Source: a virus. Taken from it: a stretch of 64,000 nt of DNA. Where the stretch lies: the IMG/VR virus record IMGVR_UViG_3300048927_000157, positions 1 to 64,000 of that record; one strand, given 5' to 3'. Under the pieces are notes generated by a model. The model was given only the letters and a program-made list of their open reading frames with translations, was not told where the DNA came from and made no database searches. A program made the translations under genes and the position numbers. Positions 58,417 through 64,000 of this stretch are shown here, piece after piece (position 1 is the stretch's first letter; the number at the start of each line of letters is the position of its first letter).

Positions 58417-58449
58417 TTGCAGGATTCAAAAATTATACGTAGATTTGCA
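58417..58449 (+). promoter_or_regulatory. phage consensus promoter
   Basis: CTTGCAGGATTCAAAAATTATACGTAGATTTGCA, with upstream TTAACAAAATTTTAAC. Confidence 0.6.
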
Positions 58450-58498
58450 GAGTTAAGTTTTCAAAGAAACAATAAAATTAATTAAAACAAACAAAATT

Positions 58499-59086
58499 AT
58501 GAGTACACACGATCAAAATCAAACAGACAACCAAAGTGCACTAATTCTTGCTTTAATGCAAGCAGCAGCAAAATCGGCTGAACTTAGAAAAAGAGCAGCT
58601 TTGGAAGGTAAGGAAGTAAGAACAAATATTGAAGATGCTGCCCATGTACCACCAGCAGAAATTAGAAATGCTGCATTAAATGCAATAGGTACTACACAGC
58701 CAGAAGGACACATAACTCCAGGTGCTCCAGTACATGATAAGTCTGACTTTATGAACAGTCCTTTTGTTCAGCATTTAATTGAGTTAGCAGAAATTCAAAA
58801 TAGACCTACAGGAACAGAATTGAAAGGAGAGATTGAGTTTCTTAAAGAGGACTACAGAAATAAAAAAATCTCTATCAAGATTGCTGTTACAGACACAGAG
58901 ACTGGAGACAAGCAAAAATCTAAAATCAATATTGGAGTTAATAAGAATGGATCTGCCTCTTTCAAAGGAGATACAGGACTTACAGAAGCTGAAACTCCTT
59001 TAGAGAGAGCCAGTGTAGTTGTCTTCTCAACAGTAGTTGATGCCTTGAAAGACTTTGTAGAAGAATTAACCTCAGGAGACGACTAA
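58499..59086 (+). CDS. hypothetical protein
   Basis: Co-directional ORF. Confidence 0.6.
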   Translation: MSTHDQNQTDNQSALILALMQAAAKSAELRKRAALEGKEVRTNIEDAAHVPPAEIRNAALNAIGTTQPEGHITPGAPVHDKSDFMNSPFVQHLIELAEIQNRPTGTELKGEIEFLKEDYRNKKISIKIAVTDTETGDKQKSKINIGVNKNGSASFKGDTGLTEAETPLERASVVVFSTVVDALKDFVEELTSGDD

Positions 59087-59087
59087 T

Positions 59088-59534
59088 TTGGAAATCTACA
59101 CTGATGGAGCATGTCAAATGTCCACCCGAAATGGAGGGTGGGCTTTTGTTGTAGTTAAGGATGACGAAGCTTTATCTGAGTTGTGGGGGAATACTAAAGA
59201 GACGACCAACAATGTTATGGAACTGACAGCTTTAAGAAATGGGCTGTTATTTGGTCTTGAAACTTTAGAAAAAGAATCCACCACAAAAGATAAGTTCTCA
59301 GAGATAACGATTTTTACAGATTCTCAGTATTGCTCGAAAGGGTACAATGAATGGTGTAAGAATTGGGAGAAAAAGAATTGGAAAACTTCTACCAATAAGA
59401 AAGTTGAAAATTTGGAATTGTGGCAAGAAATTCACAAACTGAGGCATCCTTATATTAAGGTTCAGTGGGTGAGAGGTCATGATGGAAATAAATGGAATGA
59501 ATATTGTGACAGTTTAACTAGAAATTATGAGTAA
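59088..59534 (+). CDS. rnhA: ribonuclease HI
   Basis: EIYTDGAC, NNVMELTAL, FTDSQY, VQWVRGHDGN..NEYCDSL (DEDD residues in order). TTG start. Confidence 0.9.
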   Translation: MEIYTDGACQMSTRNGGWAFVVVKDDEALSELWGNTKETTNNVMELTALRNGLLFGLETLEKESTTKDKFSEITIFTDSQYCSKGYNEWCKNWEKKNWKTSTNKKVENLELWQEIHKLRHPYIKVQWVRGHDGNKWNEYCDSLTRNYE

Positions 59535-59949
59535 CCAACTAATAAAATTTAAAACAGCCCAATTAGCCAAGAAAAAAGGTTTTGACATTCCTGTGAATAA
59601 CTACTACGACAGAATTTCTGGATTAGATAACGGGGATGGAGACTGTGAGTTTATTAATTTGAACCACAACAAGTATGATGAGCTGCATTCAGCTCCTACA
59701 CAAACTACCTTACAAACATGGTTAAGAGTCGAGCATAACATAGAAGTAGTTGTGCATAGAGATTTAGAAGTTCATTATCAAAATGAAGTCAAATGGGTAG
59801 TTTCAGTTAATAACTGGAATGCTGTAGCAGAGATTAATACTCCTATAGCTGTTCTATCCAGACCTCAATATACAAATAAAATTGACTTTACTTCTTATGA
59901 AGATGCTTTAGAAGAAGGATTAAGAATTGGATTAAACTATATACCATGA
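59527..59949 (+). CDS. hypothetical protein
   Basis: Co-directional ORF. Confidence 0.55.
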   Translation: MSNQLIKFKTAQLAKKKGFDIPVNNYYDRISGLDNGDGDCEFINLNHNKYDELHSAPTQTTLQTWLRVEHNIEVVVHRDLEVHYQNEVKWVVSVNNWNAVAEINTPIAVLSRPQYTNKIDFTSYEDALEEGLRIGLNYIP

Positions 59950-60194
59950 AAAAGATAATTGCAGTTGTAGGATTATTTAGTTTAATAGCTTGTACTCCTT
60001 CTACCCCGAACAAAGGGGACACAACACAGACCTATGGAGACTTTAAACTTAGAGTCATTGATAGCTGTGAATACATTGAGTATGATAGGACTTTAGGAGT
60101 TGATGGTCAATACTCACTAACTCATAAAGGAAATTGTAAATTTTGTAAAGAAAGAAACGAAAAAGTATGGAAAGGTTTAATTCAAAAGCATTAA
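59946..60194 (+). CDS. lipoprotein
   Basis: MKKIIAVVGLFSLIAC lipobox. Confidence 0.55.
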   Translation: MKKIIAVVGLFSLIACTPSTPNKGDTTQTYGDFKLRVIDSCEYIEYDRTLGVDGQYSLTHKGNCKFCKERNEKVWKGLIQKH

Positions 60195-60694
60195 CATCGG
60201 CTATTAATAAAGCTGTATCAGAGACAAGTTATACTCTTAAAGGTACTAGTTATAGTTCAGAAAGAGAAGTAATACCAGCAATTTTACATGAACCATATGG
60301 TGAACTAAGATCCCAATTCGTCCCATTTATAGAGGCTTTTCAATTGAAACAATTAGGATTTGATGAAGAGTGTTTTGGGGCTTGGATAAAAGATAGTCGT
60401 CACCCATCAATGGGTTATTATAGAGATCAAGTAATGGCAGACCTATCTAATGGTTGTTTAGCTCCACTTTGGGAACAGGCTTTTGACTTCTTTTTTAAAA
60501 AGTATAAACTTAGTAGTTTTAGGAGGCAATCTAAATCTTTGGCTCCTACAGAGCATATTCTTTATTGGTGGACAATTAAAATACTAGAAACTGAAAAAGA
60601 AATAAAAGGTTATTCAAATCACAGTATTAATCTTGAGATGTCAAAATTAGATTGTTTAAGAAAATTAATTGATTTAGCAGAGAATGGATACTAA
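60167..60694 (+). CDS. hypothetical protein
   Basis: Co-directional ORF. Confidence 0.55.
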   Translation: MERFNSKALTSAINKAVSETSYTLKGTSYSSEREVIPAILHEPYGELRSQFVPFIEAFQLKQLGFDEECFGAWIKDSRHPSMGYYRDQVMADLSNGCLAPLWEQAFDFFFKKYKLSSFRRQSKSLAPTEHILYWWTIKILETEKEIKGYSNHSINLEMSKLDCLRKLIDLAENGY

Positions 60695-62987
60695 AACTTA
60701 CTTCGTTGCCAAGTATAAAGTAGAGGGAGTTGAAGATTATGCCACCATTCAGGACTGTTATGAGTTCATCAAAAATAAGAAGCTCCTAGGACTCGATATA
60801 GAGACCACAAGGAAGTTCCAGGATAGGAAAGAAGCCAAGGGAGAGGTTTACAAAGGAGGTTTAGATCCTTATCTATCAAATGTAGTAATGCTTCAGATAG
60901 GGAACCTTGAGAGAATCTACGTTATAGACGTTAGAGATTTTAGCAAAAAAGAGCTTAAACCTATCATCAAGTTCATCAATTGGAATAAGCAATGTACCTT
61001 CATTGGAGTTAATCTAAAGTTTGAGGGAAAACACTTGAGACACACTTATGGAATCAGGTTGAAAAAAGTCTGGGATTGTATGATTGCTGAAATGTGTTTA
61101 TACAATGGAATGCAGAGAGGTTTCTCCTTGGCTGGTATGGCTGCCGAATACTTAGGAGTTAAAAAGGTTGAGGATATCAACTTATTTGAGTCTGAGAAAG
61201 AAGCAACTCTTAATGATGAATTCATTGCTGAGAATGAATACTTACTGACTCCTTTCGAGATTGCTAACACAGAACAGATTGACAAGTCTACAAGGATGGA
61301 GTTTGTTACAATTGGTATCAGAAACTTTACAGCAAAACAAATTCTCTATGGATCGGATGACATTTTGTATCCTATCCTAATAATGGAGAGACAACTACTG
61401 GGAAGAAAACTTCCAAATGGTGAGGTTTATTTGCCTCATAAATTATTCAGAATGGAAAATTCCTTTACTCAGTGTATTGCTGACATGGAGTTGAACGGAA
61501 TGCCATTCAGTGAAGAGGTTTGGTTAGAGATAGCAGTAGCTCAGGAGGCTATTTATGATGAAAGATTTGCTATCATCAATAAGTATGTAGAGCAGCTTTA
61601 TCCTAAATTTGTTGAACCACCCAATCTTTTCGATTTCCATCAAAGATGTAAAATTGAATGGACCTCATCAACCCAGGTTGTGGAATTCTTCAGATACCTT
61701 GAAATATGCCCGAAAGAGTTCAGTAAACAGACTAAAAAGATGGATTGGACAGTAGGAGCCACAGCCTTACTAAAAACCCTAGGAAATGACCTTAAAACGG
61801 CTTATCTGGAACAGACATGGTTAGGGTTTGAAACCAATGAAGATGGAACTTATGTTGAAGATCACCAGAGACTGATTCTAGCTTATCTCTTATTTAAGAG
61901 ATCAGAACAGAACACAACTACCTTTGGAAGAAAATGGCTTAAGTATGTTCATCCAATCACTGGAAGAGTTCACACCAACTTTAGACAGATCCTTAACTCA
62001 GGAAGGATGGCAAGTTCCTCTCCAAATGTCCAACAAATTCCTGGAGGTATCTATAGAGATGCTTTCAAGGTGCTTGAGGACTTTAAAACTTTGATCTTTG
62101 CCGATTTCAGTAACCAGGAGGTTAGAACAGTGGCATGTTTGGCTGAAGAGGACGTAATGATTGATTTCTTCATTAACGGTCACCCGATCTATGGAGATGA
62201 TATGCACACGTATACAGCTAACAACATGAATAAGGCTCACGACCCAGGTGCTGCTGATTTTCCTCATGCTAAAGATCCGTCATTTACTTCTTTCCACAAA
62301 AAGAAAAGAGGAGAAGCTAAGATTATCTCTTTTGGTCTTCTGTATGGAAAAGAAGCCAAGGGCTTTGCTGAAGACTTTGGTCTTACTCCTGATGAAGCTC
62401 AGGTATTCATTGATAACTTCTTTGATGCTTACCCTAAGTTAAGAGAAGCAATGGAGAAATGGGCTGCCCACACCTTCAAGAATCAATACATCCAGATTGA
62501 CCAAGTGGTTGACAGAAGATGGTTTAGTGTTGATTTCGAGGAGATGGAAGCAACTAATGAAGAGGTAAGAGAATACTATCCTGAAGAGTATTTCAAAAGA
62601 GGAGAAATGAGTAAGGAAGAAAAGGCTGCCTTAAAAGAGGAATTAAATGAGCAGTATCCTGAGATTAAACAACTTTGGAGAAAATTCTTTGGTATCAAAG
62701 GTTCTCTTCAGAGAAAATCAACCAACTACAGAATTCAGGGAACAAGTAGTTCGGAAACTAAGACAGCTCTAATCATGATGAGAAATGAATTGATTGAGAA
62801 AGAGATTGAAGATGTCTTATTAATCGTTGCAGTCCATGATGAAATTGGATTGGAATCGTTAAACCCAGAAAGAAATGATTTCTGTAAAGAGTTTATTGAA
62901 AGAAATATGATGGAGGGAGCCAATGTGTTCTTAAATCCTCCTATTATGAAAGCAGAAGCTGTTCAAGGAAATCACTGGATTCACTAA
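60684..62987 (+). CDS. polA: family-A DNA polymerase with 3'-5' exonuclease domain
   Basis: Exo LGLDIETT, motif A IFADFSNQEVR, motif B RGEAKIISFGLLYG, motif C VAVHDEI. Confidence 0.95.
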   Translation: MDTKTYFVAKYKVEGVEDYATIQDCYEFIKNKKLLGLDIETTRKFQDRKEAKGEVYKGGLDPYLSNVVMLQIGNLERIYVIDVRDFSKKELKPIIKFINWNKQCTFIGVNLKFEGKHLRHTYGIRLKKVWDCMIAEMCLYNGMQRGFSLAGMAAEYLGVKKVEDINLFESEKEATLNDEFIAENEYLLTPFEIANTEQIDKSTRMEFVTIGIRNFTAKQILYGSDDILYPILIMERQLLGRKLPNGEVYLPHKLFRMENSFTQCIADMELNGMPFSEEVWLEIAVAQEAIYDERFAIINKYVEQLYPKFVEPPNLFDFHQRCKIEWTSSTQVVEFFRYLEICPKEFSKQTKKMDWTVGATALLKTLGNDLKTAYLEQTWLGFETNEDGTYVEDHQRLILAYLLFKRSEQNTTTFGRKWLKYVHPITGRVHTNFRQILNSGRMASSSPNVQQIPGGIYRDAFKVLEDFKTLIFADFSNQEVRTVACLAEEDVMIDFFINGHPIYGDDMHTYTANNMNKAHDPGAADFPHAKDPSFTSFHKKKRGEAKIISFGLLYGKEAKGFAEDFGLTPDEAQVFIDNFFDAYPKLREAMEKWAAHTFKNQYIQIDQVVDRRWFSVDFEEMEATNEEVREYYPEEYFKRGEMSKEEKAALKEELNEQYPEIKQLWRKFFGIKGSLQRKSTNYRIQGTSSSETKTALIMMRNELIEKEIEDVLLIVAVHDEIGLESLNPERNDFCKEFIERNMMEGANVFLNPPIMKAEAVQGNHWIH

Positions 62988-62988
62988 T

Positions 62989-63315
62989 ATGAAGAAAGTA
63001 TATACAGTTAGAGAGTACTTTGTAAGCCCAGTACTCGGACCTATGTATGCAGGTCAAAATGTCCAAGAGTATCTTCTTGGATATTTAACCCCTGCTGAAA
63101 GATCAAAACTAGATGTTAAGGAACTATCTACAGATTTTTCAGTATTTGGTTATGGCTTAATTTTCTACAGTACCGAGATGCCGTTCCCAGATGAAGTACC
63201 AGATGAGACGTATGAAGAAATGGAATGTAGAATATTGAATGAAATGAATGATTGTTGTCCACCTGGCAACGATAAACCCTTTTTAAACGAAGAAACAAAT
63301 GGAGAGACAAATTAA
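62989..63315 (+). CDS. hypothetical protein
   Basis: Co-directional ORF. Confidence 0.55.
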   Translation: MKKVYTVREYFVSPVLGPMYAGQNVQEYLLGYLTPAERSKLDVKELSTDFSVFGYGLIFYSTEMPFPDEVPDETYEEMECRILNEMNDCCPPGNDKPFLNEETNGETN

Positions 63316-63691
63316 ACACATTAGAGAATTTCAAGAGAAAATTGCTGAAAAAGAAGAAGGCAGCCTAGTAAAAGATTTACCAACAGGAACACTACTGGAA
63401 GCAATTAAACTCAGAGAAGATCTTTTGATGGAGGAAGTAAGAGAGCTTAACAAAGCCATGAATGAATTGGATGAGGTTGAAATTCTGGATGCTGGAGTAG
63501 ATATCCTGTACATTGTTCTTGGAACAATGCATGAAGCAGGAGTACTGGATAAGTTTTCACAAGCTTGGGATCTGGTACACTTCAATAACATGACTAAACT
63601 TGATGAACATGGAAAAGTTCACAAAAATGAAAACGGAAAGGTCATCAAACCAGCAAATTACAAACCAGTTAATTTAAACCAACTATTCTAA
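63299..63691 (+). CDS. MazG-like nucleotide pyrophosphohydrolase family protein
   Basis: LMEEVRELNKA...EILDAGVDILYIVLG is an all-alpha NTP-PPase EExxE...D pattern. Confidence 0.55.
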   Translation: MERQIKHIREFQEKIAEKEEGSLVKDLPTGTLLEAIKLREDLLMEEVRELNKAMNELDEVEILDAGVDILYIVLGTMHEAGVLDKFSQAWDLVHFNNMTKLDEHGKVHKNENGKVIKPANYKPVNLNQLF

Positions 63692-63954
63692 TGACAATCT
63701 TAAAATTTTACGGAGACTGGTGTGCTCCTTGCAGAACACTAACAACAATGCTAGATGGAGCAAATTTTCCCATCAAATCAATCAACACAGACTTAGAACC
63801 AGAACAATCAATAAAGTACAATATTAGGAAAGTTCCTACTCTTGTGTTTGTCAACGAAGCTGGAGACGAACTACACAGAGAAACAGGAATAGTTTCTATG
63901 GAAAAAGTAAAAGAGATTCTGGATGGATTACAAGACAATAAAACAGCACAATAA
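63691..63954 (+). CDS. thioredoxin-fold protein
   Basis: KFYGDWCAPCRTL (WCxxC) and VPTLVF (cis-Pro loop). Confidence 0.85.
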   Translation: MTILKFYGDWCAPCRTLTTMLDGANFPIKSINTDLEPEQSIKYNIRKVPTLVFVNEAGDELHRETGIVSMEKVKEILDGLQDNKTAQ

Positions 63955-64000
63955 GAAACTAAAAGAACCATTTAAAAAAGTAAATTTCACGGAAGAGGGT

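Noticed and set aside
1-64000. Prophage boundaries, integrase, rRNA, transposase or IS elements, toxin-antitoxin pairs, and known defence or anti-defence cassettes.
   Set aside because: I found no integrase, recombinase, transposase or rRNA signature, and no att-type long direct repeats. The RHH protein at 39764 has an HNH nuclease partner, not a recognisable toxin.

Overview
This AT-rich 64-kb window reads as part of a large tailed dsDNA phage genome, probably infecting a Bacteroidota host. About 20 intergenic regions carry a Bacteroidetes-type promoter (TTTG...TAnnTTTG). Start codons lack Shine-Dalgarno sites, and several ORFs open with lipoprotein signals (L-x-x-C). Positions 1-3216 are transcribed on the minus strand and end in a terminase-like fragment at the window edge. 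Everything from about 3.8 kb onward is on the plus strand. Recognisable content: (1) a replication and recombination set (DnaQ-like exonuclease, RecA, SSB-like protein, RNase H, family-A DNA polymerase, DHFR, thioredoxin, MazG-like protein); (2) about 25 conventional tRNA genes in several clusters at 8.5-21 kb, interleaved with HNH and PD-(D/E)XK homing-type endonucleases and translation-related genes (YqeY, SLOG/DUF2493, DUF4031, PTH2-like); (3) an RNA repair and tRNA maturation toolkit (Rnl-family RNA ligase, CCA-adding enzyme, RlaP-like nucleotidyltransferase, Pnkp kinase-phosphatase); (4) an accessory segment at 23.9-33 kb with large ORF-free regions, a kinase-like gene, a DUF932 gene and tandem paralogs. 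The most unusual signal lies at 17.7-18.6 kb, directly downstream of a 558-aa protein with Ro60-like architecture (helical N-terminal domain plus vWA/MIDAS). A dedicated promoter there drives an ORF-free tandem array of tRNA-like modules. At least two modules are circularly permuted tRNA genes (3' half, linker, 5' half). Each refolds into a flawless cloverleaf: one is initiator-like with a CAT anticodon, the other has a TGA anticodon. The array is followed by tRNA-Glu, then an amber-suppressor tRNA(CTA), then a PTH2-like gene whose only usable ATG lies upstream of an in-frame TAG. All calls come from reading the sequence and from motif memory; no database search was run.
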